DNA of 64,000 nt from an uncultured archaeon (GCA_963817525.1 CAWFOU010000007.1:704001-768000); one strand, 5' to 3'. Shown: positions 10,031-19,582, counted from the first letter of the stretch. The notes: generated from the letters alone by a model not told the origin. Translations and numbers: made by a program.

Positions 10031-10039
10031 GCTCACGCG

Positions 10040-10843
10040 TTGAACGTCACTGTCATCGGTGCGGGCAAGATTGGGGAGGCTGTCGCCAACTCCCTTGCCG
10101 CGTCAAAGCGCGTCACCACGGTCATAATGACCAAGAGGAACGTCTCGACCTTGCCGCGCTCGCGGCCGAAGAAGGTCCTGGTGACCTCCGACAACCGCGA
10201 GGCCGCCAAGAAGGCCGACATCATCGTGGTCGCGGTCAAGGCCGGGGACGCCAAACACGTCCTCGGAGAGATAGCGCCCTTCACCGCGGGAAAGATCGTG
10301 ATATCCCTGATGGCCGCGATCACCATAGAGAGGCTCGAGAGGGCCCTCCCCAAGGCGAAGGTGGTCCGGTCGATGCCCAATATTGCGGCGGTGATAGGCG
10401 AGGCCATAACCGCGTACTCCCTGGGCACCAAGGTGACTCCCGCCGACGAGGCCGAGGTCGAGTTCGTCCTGGGATGCTTCGGAGACTACGTCAAGGTCCC
10501 GGAGTCGCTCCTGAACCCCATCACCGCCCTCAGCGGGAGCGGTCCCGCGTACATCGCGGTGGTGATAGAGGCGATGGTGAGCGCAGGCCTGAAGGTCGGG
10601 ATCCCTAGGGACATCTCCCTAAAGCTGGTGACCAAGACGCTCACCGGGACGGCGAACCTCCTCAGCGAAAAGAAGATGCATCCCGCGGAGCTCCGCGACA
10701 CGGTGACGACCCCTGCGGGGACCACCATCGCTGGAATCTACGAGCTCGAGAGGGGCTCGCTGAGGACCAGCATGATGAACGCGGTCGAGGCCGCCACGAT
10801 GGCCGCCGAGAAGGTGGCAAAGAAGTTCGAGAGCGACGTCTAG
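10040..10843 (+). CDS. proC: pyrroline-5-carboxylate reductase
   Basis: VIGAGKIG, RSMPN, TALSGSGPAY, VTTPAGTT; TTG start inferred (alternative in-frame ATG at 10004). Confidence 0.95.
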   Translation: MNVTVIGAGKIGEAVANSLAASKRVTTVIMTKRNVSTLPRSRPKKVLVTSDNREAAKKADIIVVAVKAGDAKHVLGEIAPFTAGKIVISLMAAITIERLERALPKAKVVRSMPNIAAVIGEAITAYSLGTKVTPADEAEVEFVLGCFGDYVKVPESLLNPITALSGSGPAYIAVVIEAMVSAGLKVGIPRDISLKLVTKTLTGTANLLSEKKMHPAELRDTVTTPAGTTIAGIYELERGSLRTSMMNAVEAATMAAEKVAKKFESDV

Positions 10844-10927
10844 CGCCCTCCAAGACCGCAAGTTCATCCAAGGGTGAAGACATTTTCACACGGCCCAAAA
10901 TAGGGCTGGAATCATCCACGGCACAGG

Positions 10928-11569
10928 ATGTCACAATTTAGTAATAACTGGGATAGAAAGAAATCTGCCGGGCTCGGCGAGAGGCTCAGGGGGGCATTCA
11001 ACAACCCCGGACCGCTAAAGCCGCGTCTGGATGCGCTCATGCGCCAGATACAGATTGTGATGGCGAAGCTTGACACTTCCATGGCCAAGATCCGGGAGAG
11101 GGACGCCGCGCTCTTCTCGAAGACCGTGGCCGCTGTGCAGAAGCACGAGAACCAGAGGGCCTCGATGTTCGCCAACGAGCTCGCCGAGGTGCGCAAGGTC
11201 GGGAAGATGGTCACCCAGTCGAAGCTAGCGCTCGAACAGATAGTCCTGAGGCTCAACACGATAACGGAGCTCGGGGACATCGTCACCACGCTCGCGCCTG
11301 CCACCTCCATCGTTAGGAGCGTCAAGCAGGACATAGCTGGGGTCATGCCGGACGCGGAAGGCGAGATGGGCGAGGTCTCCAGCCTGCTGAGCGGGATACT
11401 CGTGGACGCGGGCTCGATCGGGGGCTACTCGTTGAACTTCGAGACCGCCAACGAAGAGGCCGAGCTTGCCCTCTCCGAGGCGGCGGCCGTCGCAGAGAGC
11501 CGGATGAAGGAGAAGTTCCCGGACATCCCCCAGTCGACCGTGGCCGAGGAATCCTTCGAGGCGGCCTAG
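10928..11569 (+). CDS. cdvB: ESCRT-III/Snf7 family CdvB paralog
   Basis: Helical Snf7 core (A.MFANELAEVRK...ALEQIVLRLNTI.ELGD), C-terminal FPDIP. Confidence 0.85.
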   Translation: MSQFSNNWDRKKSAGLGERLRGAFNNPGPLKPRLDALMRQIQIVMAKLDTSMAKIRERDAALFSKTVAAVQKHENQRASMFANELAEVRKVGKMVTQSKLALEQIVLRLNTITELGDIVTTLAPATSIVRSVKQDIAGVMPDAEGEMGEVSSLLSGILVDAGSIGGYSLNFETANEEAELALSEAAAVAESRMKEKFPDIPQSTVAEESFEAA

Positions 11570-11734
11570 GCCCGGGCCAAGGGCGCCCGAGCACGCTCTC
11601 GGGAGCGGTCTCAGCGGAGGCTCCCCGACCCTCGAGCACGAGGGTCAGGGCCTGTTCTGGGCAGCAGAACGAGCGTTCTCGGCCATAGCATCATCTAGAA
11701 TGCCGCCGGATGGCTTGTCAGGTAGCAAATCGCC

Positions 11735-12931
11735 ATGCGAATAACACGAAGCCCGAATACCAAGGTAACGATATTTTCGGCGGCTGTCCTTGCCCTTTTT
11801 GTGGTAGGCCTGTCACCGCTCCCCAAGCTTCTTGCGGCCACCTCGGCCTCCAACATCCTTAGCGCTGGGCCGAGCCTCAGCCCCGTCCAGCTCTCGATCC
11901 AGACGAGTAACTTGACGTCCGTGAGCGCGTACGACTTGGTCGCGTACAACTCCTCCGGCTCGCCCGTCGCCTCCTACACGGGCCAGTATCCGCTAGTGAC
12001 TCTTGACCTCCCGTCGGGCACCTATCTGTTCGCCGCCACGGCGAACGGCCCAGCTCCGACTCTGCAGCCAATCTGCTGCCTGTGCGCCCAACCCGAAACG
12101 GCGACCGGGACCGAGTCCACACCGGCGGCGAAGACGAACCCCGGCTCCTCGGCGCCTCCGAACATCGCGTTTCCCTGCTATTCTGGCAACCCGTCAGCTG
12201 AGTACGGGTACTCCCTCTCGCACGTGAGCGGCCCTACCAGCATCACCCTGACCACGCAGTCTCCATCTGGCATTCCGACCGCCAACGTCTCTGTGAGCGT
12301 GAGCTTCGAGAACGGAACGGCCGTCTCGGGCGCCGAGGTCTCAGCGAGCGTCGTCGGGGCGAATCTGAACTGGGGAGCCAACTCAAGCCTCTCTATGTAC
12401 GCGCAGACCGCGGCCGACGGGGTGGCCCAGTTGGTCGTCCCGGCCGTGCCCCTTGTGGTCACAGCCTCCGACTCGGTCCAGGTGAACTTCACCCAGACCC
12501 AGACGACCGTCCAGGTCAACGTGGGAGGCCAGCCCGTCAACGTCACCCTCTACTACAGCCCCAACTACGTCTACCTGAGCGCATCGGCTTTGCTCATCCC
12601 TCCCCAGACGAGCCTGAGCATGGTCCTGACTGCCCAGTCGCAGTCCCCCGTCGTCCCATACGTCGTGGGCTCTGCAGCCACTGCCTCTCCCGACTCCTCC
12701 CAAGCAGAGCCGGCGACCTCCCAAGGTGTCAGCGCGTCCAGTGGCAGCGCTTCCACGACGGCCAACGAGATCACCGCCATCCCGGCCATCCCCTCGTACG
12801 ACATCGGAACGGCGACTTCGGCCCAACGCTCCTCTGGCCTCTCGGGCGTCAGCCTCATGGAACTCGGGACGCTCGCCGTCGCCGGGGCGGTCGCGGCCCT
12901 AGTCGGGCTCGCGATTTCGAGGAAGCGCTGA
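11735..12931 (+). CDS. secreted Ser/Thr-rich surface protein with C-terminal membrane anchor
   Basis: Signal peptide, beta-rich body, CCLC cluster, C-terminal TM helix followed by RKR. Confidence 0.75.
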   Translation: MRITRSPNTKVTIFSAAVLALFVVGLSPLPKLLAATSASNILSAGPSLSPVQLSIQTSNLTSVSAYDLVAYNSSGSPVASYTGQYPLVTLDLPSGTYLFAATANGPAPTLQPICCLCAQPETATGTESTPAAKTNPGSSAPPNIAFPCYSGNPSAEYGYSLSHVSGPTSITLTTQSPSGIPTANVSVSVSFENGTAVSGAEVSASVVGANLNWGANSSLSMYAQTAADGVAQLVVPAVPLVVTASDSVQVNFTQTQTTVQVNVGGQPVNVTLYYSPNYVYLSASALLIPPQTSLSMVLTAQSQSPVVPYVVGSAATASPDSSQAEPATSQGVSASSGSASTTANEITAIPAIPSYDIGTATSAQRSSGLSGVSLMELGTLAVAGAVAALVGLAISRKR

Positions 12932-12986
12932 CCGGAGATCGGGCCTTCGGCCCCAGGCTTTTCTATCGTCCCGCCGAGAGGGAAGC

Positions 12987-13781
12987 GTGGACTGGGCCAA
13001 GAACGTCTTCGTGAGGAACGCCAAGCTCTACCAGCTCGTCCTCGAGGGCATGTGGGAGAGGGGCGAGGAGGACGCGGTCGCAATCTCGTCATATCTGGAG
13101 GAGCAGGGGCTCGAGGCCTGCAGGCTCCTCGACGCGCCGTGCGGGATCGGGAGGGTAAGCATCCCCCTCGCGAGGCTGGGCTTCGGGGTGACCGGGATCG
13201 ACCTCTCGCCGCACCTGGTCGGGGTGGCGGAGAAGAAGGCGGCCGACTTTGGGCTCCCGGCCGGAAGGGCGAGGTTCTCAGTCGGGGACATGCGCGACCT
13301 CGGGTCCAAATTCCCACAGAGCAGCTTCGACGCGGTGCTGAACGTCTTCACCAGCATTGGATACGGACCTGAGGAGGACGACCTCAGGTTCTTCCGCGAA
13401 GCCCGGACTGTCACGAGGAGAGGGGGCCTCCTTCTCATCTCCGGGCTGCGCAACAGGGACTATATCGCCCGTAATCCGTCTCAGAACGTCTACGAGGAGA
13501 GCCGGAGACTGCTGGTGCTCGACACCTACACCTTCGACTCCGCGAGGTCCAGAGAGAAGGGCCTTTGGAGGTTCTACCTGAAGCGCGGAGGAAAGAGAGG
13601 GGGAGAGCTCAAGTTCGCCGGGGAGTTCCCGGTCGACATAAGGGTCTACTCGCCGCACGAGCTCGTCCCGCGGCTGGAGGCGGCGGGGTGGAGCGTGAAG
13701 GAGACCTACGAGTCATTCGTCACTAAGAGCCCCTACAGAGCGGACAGCCCCGTCTTCTCGCTCGTCGCCAAGGCCGCGTGA
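12987..13781 (+). CDS. class I SAM-dependent methyltransferase
   Basis: LLDAPCGIGR, GIDLS, GDMRDL, FTSIGY. Confidence 0.9.
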   Translation: MDWAKNVFVRNAKLYQLVLEGMWERGEEDAVAISSYLEEQGLEACRLLDAPCGIGRVSIPLARLGFGVTGIDLSPHLVGVAEKKAADFGLPAGRARFSVGDMRDLGSKFPQSSFDAVLNVFTSIGYGPEEDDLRFFREARTVTRRGGLLLISGLRNRDYIARNPSQNVYEESRRLLVLDTYTFDSARSREKGLWRFYLKRGGKRGGELKFAGEFPVDIRVYSPHELVPRLEAAGWSVKETYESFVTKSPYRADSPVFSLVAKAA

Positions 13782-14017
13782 GCGACCAGCCGAAGCTTCT
13801 CGCTCCTCCTCATCACCTTGATGGCCCGCTCCCTCCGGAGGGCCTCCGACCTGCCCCCCAGCTCCTCCTTGTAGACGACGGAAACAGGAAGCCGAGACCG
13901 GGTAAACTTGCTACCGCCCCCCGAGTTGTGCTCCCTAAGCCTCCGCTCTAGGTCGGTGGTGCACCCGGTGTAGAGCTCGCCTGTCTTGCATCTAAGAACG
14001 TAGACCGTCCAGCCCAT
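13733..14017 (-). CDS. GIY-YIG nuclease (YhbQ/UPF0213-like)
   Basis: VYVLRC...LYTG.T.DLERRL.EHN.G.G.KFT, ALRRE..IK. Confidence 0.92.
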   Translation of the reverse strand: MGWTVYVLRCKTGELYTGCTTDLERRLREHNSGGGSKFTRSRLPVSVVYKEELGGRSEALRRERAIKVMRRSEKLRLVAHAALATSEKTGLSAL

Positions 14018-14166
14018 GGCTTCCGACCCACCCGCGCGAGGGGCGCGATATCTTCCTTGCTCCCGGTTTTGACCAATCTTCGCAAGCCTATAAAGGGCGG
14101 CCGGGTCCGCGCCCAGACATCGCGGAGCAAAGCGGATTGTCTAGACCAACAAACGACTCGAAGGAC

Positions 14167-14301
14167 ATGAAGTGCCCGAAGTGCGGCAAGAACTCCTTGA
14201 AGCGGAAGGAGAGCGGAGTCGTGTGCGGCTTCTGCGGGTATGTCCTCTCCCCTGGCGAGGAAACCAGGTTCAGGCTCTACGAGCTTCTCAAGTCTTCCTG
14301 A
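14167..14301 (+). CDS. zinc-ribbon micro-protein (44 aa; not in ORF track)
   Basis: MKCPKCGKNSLKRKESGVVCGFCGY...; TATAAA upstream at ~14089; possible TTG start at 14137. Confidence 0.7.
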   Translation: MKCPKCGKNSLKRKESGVVCGFCGYVLSPGEETRFRLYELLKSS

Positions 14302-14728
14302 CGTATATCTGGTGGACTGTCCTCATGCAGGCGTCCATCACGTATTGAATCCCGCTGCGCTCGAGGATTTGCTTCGCCTCCTCGCTCTCGAGGCCTTGCT
14401 GCGCCCAGAAGACGAAGGGGCGGCCACAGCGCTCTTTCATCGCCGCGGCCTGGAGCGCGACCTCGGATAGCTCCTCGCTCGGCCTGAAGACCTCCACAAC
14501 GTCGACGGTTCTTCCCACGTCCTCCGGGATGTCGGCCAAGCTGCGGTAGGCCGTCTCACCCAAGATCTCGGTGGCCGAGGGGTTGACTGGGACGATCAGG
14601 TAGCCCTGATCCTTGAGGTATCTGGGGACCGAGTGCGCCGCCTTCTCGGGGTTCTTCGAGGCGCCCACGACAGCAATCGTCCTGTACTTCTTCAGCACCT
14701 CGGCCGGGGAGACAGTCCCTATGACCAT
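14288..14728 (-). CDS. CoA-binding protein (YccU-like)
   Basis: TIAVVGAS.NP, PVNP, DVVEVFRPS, WAQ.G. Confidence 0.9.
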   Translation of the reverse strand: MVIGTVSPAEVLKKYRTIAVVGASKNPEKAAHSVPRYLKDQGYLIVPVNPSATEILGETAYRSLADIPEDVGRTVDVVEVFRPSEELSEVALQAAAMKERCGRPFVFWAQQGLESEEAKQILERSGIQYVMDACMRTVHQIYVRKT

Positions 14729-14738
14729 CCGGCCGTCG

Positions 14739-15836
14739 TCACTTTGTTACCAAGGTCAGGACGTCCTCGTCCATCAGCGCGTGGTTTATCCCGACCCGCT
14801 GCCCGTCGAACTTGACGCTCTTCCCCCAGATCAGGGCGTAGCGGAAGTCGTCCTTGATCTTCCTGTGAACCTTGTCGCAAACCTCGAGCACGGTCGAACC
14901 GTTCCTAACGATCATGGGCTCCTTGTAGTCCGTCTCGCCGCTCCGCCTCCGCATGTATATCCTGATGAAGTCCAGCCTCCGATACATCTCCTGCTTCAGC
15001 GCCTCGATGTTCACGTTGCTCTCAGCCGAGATGGGGACGAACTTGTAGGGGAGCTTGTCCATCAGCTCGTTGGTGAAGCCCGCGTTTACCAGGTCGATCT
15101 TGTTCATGACGGTCAAGGAGGGGATGTAGACACGGGTGCCCAAGATCACGTCGAGGAGCTGCTCGTCGGTTATGTCCTGACGCAAAAGGACGCGGGCGCT
15201 GTTCATCCCATAGACCCTGAGTATGTCCTTGATAGTCTCCACTGTGATCTTGGTCAGCTTGACCTGCGACACAACGGAGATTCCCCCTGTGGTCGTCGAC
15301 TCTATCACCACGTTCGGGGGGTCCTCGTCGACGCGTATCCCTGTAATCCTCAGCTCCTTCTCTAGCAGGGCCCGGGCCTCGGGCTGGAAGACGTCTATTA
15401 CGAAGAGGATGAGATCTGCGTTTCGCGCCACCGCGAGGACGCGCTTGCCCAGGCCCCTTCCCGAGGACGCGCCCTGGATGATTCCTGGGAGGTCGAGGAC
15501 CTGTATCCTCGCCCCATTGTAGTCCATCACGCCGGGAACGACGTCCAGTGTCGTGAACTCGTAGGCCGCAACCTTTGACTTGGCGTTCGTCAGCGCGTTG
15601 AGCAGCGTCGACTTTCCCACGCTGGGCAGGCCTATGAAGACGACGGTCCCGTCCCCCGATTTCTTTACGTCGTACCCGATGGCGCTCCCCGACCGCCTCG
15701 CCTGCTGCTCTTCTTGCTCCATCTTGAGCTTCGAGAGCTTCGCCCTAAGGACCCCGATGTGGCGCTCGGTGTGCTTGTTGATCTGCGTCTTCAGAAGGTC
15801 CTCCTCTATCTTCTTGATTTTCTCAGGAACGCCCAA
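14739..15836 (-). CDS. DRG/OBG-family GTPase with TGS domain
   Basis: TQINKHTE.HIG, GLPSVGKS, YEFTT, DLPG, NKID. Confidence 0.95.
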   Translation of the reverse strand: MGVPEKIKKIEEDLLKTQINKHTERHIGVLRAKLSKLKMEQEEQQARRSGSAIGYDVKKSGDGTVVFIGLPSVGKSTLLNALTNAKSKVAAYEFTTLDVVPGVMDYNGARIQVLDLPGIIQGASSGRGLGKRVLAVARNADLILFVIDVFQPEARALLEKELRITGIRVDEDPPNVVIESTTTGGISVVSQVKLTKITVETIKDILRVYGMNSARVLLRQDITDEQLLDVILGTRVYIPSLTVMNKIDLVNAGFTNELMDKLPYKFVPISAESNVNIEALKQEMYRRLDFIRIYMRRRSGETDYKEPMIVRNGSTVLEVCDKVHRKIKDDFRYALIWGKSVKFDGQRVGINHALMDEDVLTLVTK

Positions 15837-15933
15837 CTTGACCCTTCACCATCCGACCCGACTGTGTCGTCCGGGCGCGGGGAGTGACTTAAAGGTTCGA
15901 GTCGGGACACCCGTCGAGCGGGCTCGCTAGAGA

Positions 15934-16092
15934 ATGAATTGTGAGAGGTGCAGGGCGGGGCAGATGGTGGAGTACGAGAGGAAGATCCTCGCCGGAGGCA
16001 AGGAGGCGACCCTGAAGGGGAGGAAGTGCGACAGGTGCGGGTTCACGCAGCTCGACAGCGACGACGACGTCTGGTCCGCGGTCGGGCTCTAG
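15934..16092 (+). CDS. YgiT/MqsA-N-type zinc finger micro-protein (52 aa; not in ORF track)
   Basis: MNCERCRAGQM...KGRKCDRCGFTQ. Confidence 0.65.
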   Translation: MNCERCRAGQMVEYERKILAGGKEATLKGRKCDRCGFTQLDSDDDVWSAVGL

Positions 16093-16133
16093 CCGACCAA
16101 AACCTCATTAATCGTTTACGCTGGCATACAATC

Positions 16134-16418
16134 ATGGCCAAGAGGACCTTCACCGTCGACACCGGGAAGGAGCAGATTGAGGTCGAGGGGACGAACTACC
16201 AGAAGGTCGCGGTCAAGTACCTCATGAAGCGAAGACGTTCTCTGCTTTTCACCAAGGACCCGACGAAGGTGGAGAAGCTCTGGGATGACCTCCCCCAGCA
16301 GGTAAAGATAATCGGAGCCCAGTTGACCAAGACCTATGGCGTGGAATGGGAGAAGGTGGGTACGAAGGAGTTCGCGGGGGCAAGGTTCACCTTCGAGCTG
16401 GAAGAGAAGCAGGCATAG
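16134..16418 (+). CDS. hypothetical protein (94 aa)
   Basis: ATG 16134 after TATA-like ATTAAT; strong host codon bias. Confidence 0.75.
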   Translation: MAKRTFTVDTGKEQIEVEGTNYQKVAVKYLMKRRRSLLFTKDPTKVEKLWDDLPQQVKIIGAQLTKTYGVEWEKVGTKEFAGARFTFELEEKQA

Positions 16419-16807
16419 CGTGCTGGAACACGACCGAAGCTAAGCAAGGGCAGCCCGATGACAAGTTCAAGGCGACTGTCGTCGCGACCATCTTGGACTA
16501 CCGGCCGGAGAGGGCCCTGGAGGTACTCTGCGAGTACTACCACCTGGACGTGCCCAAGCTCGGGGTGGGGACGACCAAGGGCCACTCGAAGGGCGTCCTC
16601 GCGGTCTACTCGCCCGACAGGAAGGAGATCCTCGCGGTGAGCCAAGAATATCTCTACGACCCATTCGTCATGCTCCACGAGTTCTACCACCACCTGCGAC
16701 AGTTCGCGGGGCAGCACAGGGGGACTGAGAAGAACGCCGACAGGTTCGCGCTGGACTACATCGCGGCCTACAAGAGGCTGGCGTCGGGGTCCTCCACGAC
16801 CAAGTAG
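16346..16807 (+). CDS. HExxH metallopeptidase-like protein (ImmA/IrrE-like motif); start uncertain
   Basis: LHEFYHH...EKNADRFA. Confidence 0.6.
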   Translation: MGEGGYEGVRGGKVHLRAGREAGIACWNTTEAKQGQPDDKFKATVVATILDYRPERALEVLCEYYHLDVPKLGVGTTKGHSKGVLAVYSPDRKEILAVSQEYLYDPFVMLHEFYHHLRQFAGQHRGTEKNADRFALDYIAAYKRLASGSSTTK

Positions 16808-16883
16808 CCCCTAGACTACCTACCCTGTGAAATGCAACTGCTATCTATATAAGAAGCCGGCCCCCCTCAGAGACCGTCCGAAG

Positions 16884-17489
16884 TTGCCCAACACGCTCCC
16901 TAGGGACGAATTCACGCGTATCGCCCAGTTCAGCGAGAGGGACGCCGAGGTGCTGCGCTTCCTTGGCGAGGAGGACTTGCTTGGCTTCACCTTCGAGGGC
17001 CTGAGGCGGAGGCTCGGGACCCACTCGGAGACGCTCTCAAGAATCCTGCATAGGCTCGAGGAGCAGATGATACTCGAGAAGACGCCGGAGGGCTATCACG
17101 TCACCCACAAGGGCAAGGAGATGATAGGGGTGAAGCCCCTGCTTTCCTCGACCCAGCACAGGGTCCCCATCCTGCGCACGCTCCTCCCCTACGGCCGGGG
17201 CTCGGGAGAGGTGATCTCCTCCCTCAAGGGAAGGTGGTTCGGGCCTTTGCGCTGGCTAGGGTACTCGGAGGACGAGCGCGGGACCACCATGAAGTGGGTC
17301 ACGGGCGACGGGGCGGTCCAGATCGACGCGATCTTCTCCGAGGGCGAGCTCACCATAGAGGGGGACGTCAGGGAGGGCCAGGACCTCACCGACGCCATCA
17401 AGGCGTCCTACCAGCTGGTTGGCCACCTCTCCCGCGTCAGCCCGGCGGGCCAGGACGGGCGCGTCGCGTTCTTCTCGATGCACAACTGA
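16884..17489 (+). CDS. winged-helix domain hypothetical protein
   Basis: FTFEGLRRRLGTHSETLSRIL.RL...GYHVT.KG; TTG start inferred. Confidence 0.65.
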   Translation: MPNTLPRDEFTRIAQFSERDAEVLRFLGEEDLLGFTFEGLRRRLGTHSETLSRILHRLEEQMILEKTPEGYHVTHKGKEMIGVKPLLSSTQHRVPILRTLLPYGRGSGEVISSLKGRWFGPLRWLGYSEDERGTTMKWVTGDGAVQIDAIFSEGELTIEGDVREGQDLTDAIKASYQLVGHLSRVSPAGQDGRVAFFSMHN

Positions 17490-17580
17490 CGGGCTAGGCG
17501 GCGCCGCGGTGTGACCGACTAGGCGGATTCTCCATCAACAAGTATCCCCGCCTTCCTAGTACCTGCAGTGAATCGATAAC

Positions 17581-18492
17581 TTGAGTCTAAATACAATCGG
17601 AATACTGCAGACGATCTCCGGCGAAATCGAGCGTATCGCCGAGGGCACAGGTCGCTCGGTTGTGAGCGTCAGCTCAGGCCACGGCAACGGCTCGGGCATA
17701 GCCTGGGACGAGCACACGGTGGTCACCGCGTACCACGTGGTCAGGGGCTCCGACGAGGTGACCGTCGGGACTGAGGACGGAAGGAAGCTCACCGCAAAGG
17801 TCACGGGGCGCTTCAGGCGGTCTGACATCGCCGTCTTGACCGTCGACGGGGCGCTGAAGCCCATCGAGAGAGGGGAGTCCGAAGGCCTGAAGGCGGGCCA
17901 GTTCGTCCTCGCCCTCGCCAACCCCTTCGCGGGACGCACAAGCGTCACCTCGGGGATAGTGACCGGCGCGAACCGGAGCATAGGCGGGTGGTGGGGCATG
18001 ACCATCGAGGATGCGATCATCACCGACGCGCGTGTCAACCCCGGTTACTCGGGAGGCCCACTCGTCGACGCGGCAGGGCGGCTCATCGGGATGAACGTCG
18101 CCTACGTCTCTAAGAGGGGAATCGCGGTGCCCGTGAGCACGATCTCGAAGGTCGTGAAGAGGCTCGCGAATGGCCAGCCCTTCAAGAGGGCGTACCTCGG
18201 CATAGTCTCTAACCCGGTGGCCCTTCCGGAGGAGGTCTCCTCCGACAGCCGCGTGGGACAGGACTCTGGCGTGATGGTCTTCTCCGTCGAGGACGGCACC
18301 CCTGCGAAGCAGGCCGGCCTCTCGTTCGGCGACGTCATCCTGAAGTTCGGCGGGAAGAGCGTGTCCAGCTCTGAGGACCTGACCGGCCTCCTTGGAGAAG
18401 AGGCGATAGGCAAGCAGACCAAGCTCTCGGTGCTCAGGGGCGGGAACGTGGTCGAGCTCGACATCACCCCGACAACGGGGAGAGAGGAGTGA
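17581..18492 (+). CDS. HtrA/DegP-like serine protease with PDZ domain
   Basis: TAYHVV, SDIAVL, NPGYSGGPL, C-terminal PDZ. Confidence 0.9.
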   Translation: MSLNTIGILQTISGEIERIAEGTGRSVVSVSSGHGNGSGIAWDEHTVVTAYHVVRGSDEVTVGTEDGRKLTAKVTGRFRRSDIAVLTVDGALKPIERGESEGLKAGQFVLALANPFAGRTSVTSGIVTGANRSIGGWWGMTIEDAIITDARVNPGYSGGPLVDAAGRLIGMNVAYVSKRGIAVPVSTISKVVKRLANGQPFKRAYLGIVSNPVALPEEVSSDSRVGQDSGVMVFSVEDGTPAKQAGLSFGDVILKFGGKSVSSSEDLTGLLGEEAIGKQTKLSVLRGGNVVELDITPTTGREE

Positions 18493-18582
18493 TGGGCTTG
18501 GAGCCTGGAGCGCCTCCACGGCCGCCTTCCATACCGGAGCCAGGGCCTCCCGTGAGGCCCCCCTGGTAGTGGGTGCATAGAC

Positions 18583-19545
18583 ATGGGTCTAACAGAGCTA
18601 GAGGGCCAGATTACCGGCGCCGTCGAGAAGCTCAGCGAGAGCGTCGTCGGGATAGAGAGCACAAGGATCGCCAGGGACTACCGCTACGGCATGGTCCCGA
18701 TTGAGGGCCAGGGCTCGGGCGTCATCATCGACCCGAAGGGAATCATCGTCACCAACAACCACGTGATCGACGAGTCGGCGAGGGTGCAGGTCAACCTGAA
18801 GGACGGCAGGTCCTTCGTGGGAGAGGTGATAGGCACCGACTCGGCCACCGATGTGGCGCTCGTTAAGGTCGAGGCTGACAACCTGCCCTACGCGACGCTC
18901 GGCGACTCGGAGAAGCTCAAGGTTGGGCAGATAGTCCTGGCCATAGGTAACGCCTTGGGGCTGCCCGGGGCGCCCACGGTCTCGATGGGACTGATAGGGG
19001 CGCTCGGAAGGCCTCTCCCGGGCACCGACTTCGTGGTCGAAGGTCTAATCCAGACCGACGCGGCCATCAACCCAGGGAACAGCGGAGGCCCGCTCGCCGA
19101 CCTTGACGGAAAGGTCATCGGGATGAACACCGCGATGATCCCGTTCGCCCAGGGCATGGGCTTCGCAATCCCTTCGGAGACCATCAAGAGGATCATGGAC
19201 CAGATCACCCGCAACGGCAGGGTGGTGCGGCCGTGGCTCGGGATCTCCGGGATGGACGTGAACAAGTTCGTCGCCAGGAGGTACAGCCTCGCCGTCGAGC
19301 AGGGAGTGCTCCTCGCGGAGGTCCTCAAGGACGCGGCCGCCCGTGAAGCAGGCCTGCGCGTGGGGGACATCCTCGTGAAGATCGGGGAGACCAAGCTCGA
19401 GGGGATGAAGGACCTGGTCGGCGCGCTGTCGCACCTCTCGATAGGGGACGAGGTCTCAATCCAGTTCGTGAGGAACGGCGCCAGCTACGAGACGAAGCTG
19501 CGGCTCAGGGAAGCCCCTGAGAAGCTCGTCGCCAGGCGCAGATAG
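18583..19545 (+). CDS. HtrA/DegP-like serine protease with PDZ domain
   Basis: TNNHVI, TDVAL, TDAAINPGNSGGPL, PDZ. Confidence 0.93.
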   Translation: MGLTELEGQITGAVEKLSESVVGIESTRIARDYRYGMVPIEGQGSGVIIDPKGIIVTNNHVIDESARVQVNLKDGRSFVGEVIGTDSATDVALVKVEADNLPYATLGDSEKLKVGQIVLAIGNALGLPGAPTVSMGLIGALGRPLPGTDFVVEGLIQTDAAINPGNSGGPLADLDGKVIGMNTAMIPFAQGMGFAIPSETIKRIMDQITRNGRVVRPWLGISGMDVNKFVARRYSLAVEQGVLLAEVLKDAAAREAGLRVGDILVKIGETKLEGMKDLVGALSHLSIGDEVSIQFVRNGASYETKLRLREAPEKLVARRR

Positions 19546-19582
19546 AGCTCCAGGCCGTTTTTTCGGGACGGCGGCTAGACCG

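Noticed and set aside
10928-11569. cdvB without cdvA/cdvC
   Set aside because: Stand-alone CdvB paralogs are well known in TACK archaea
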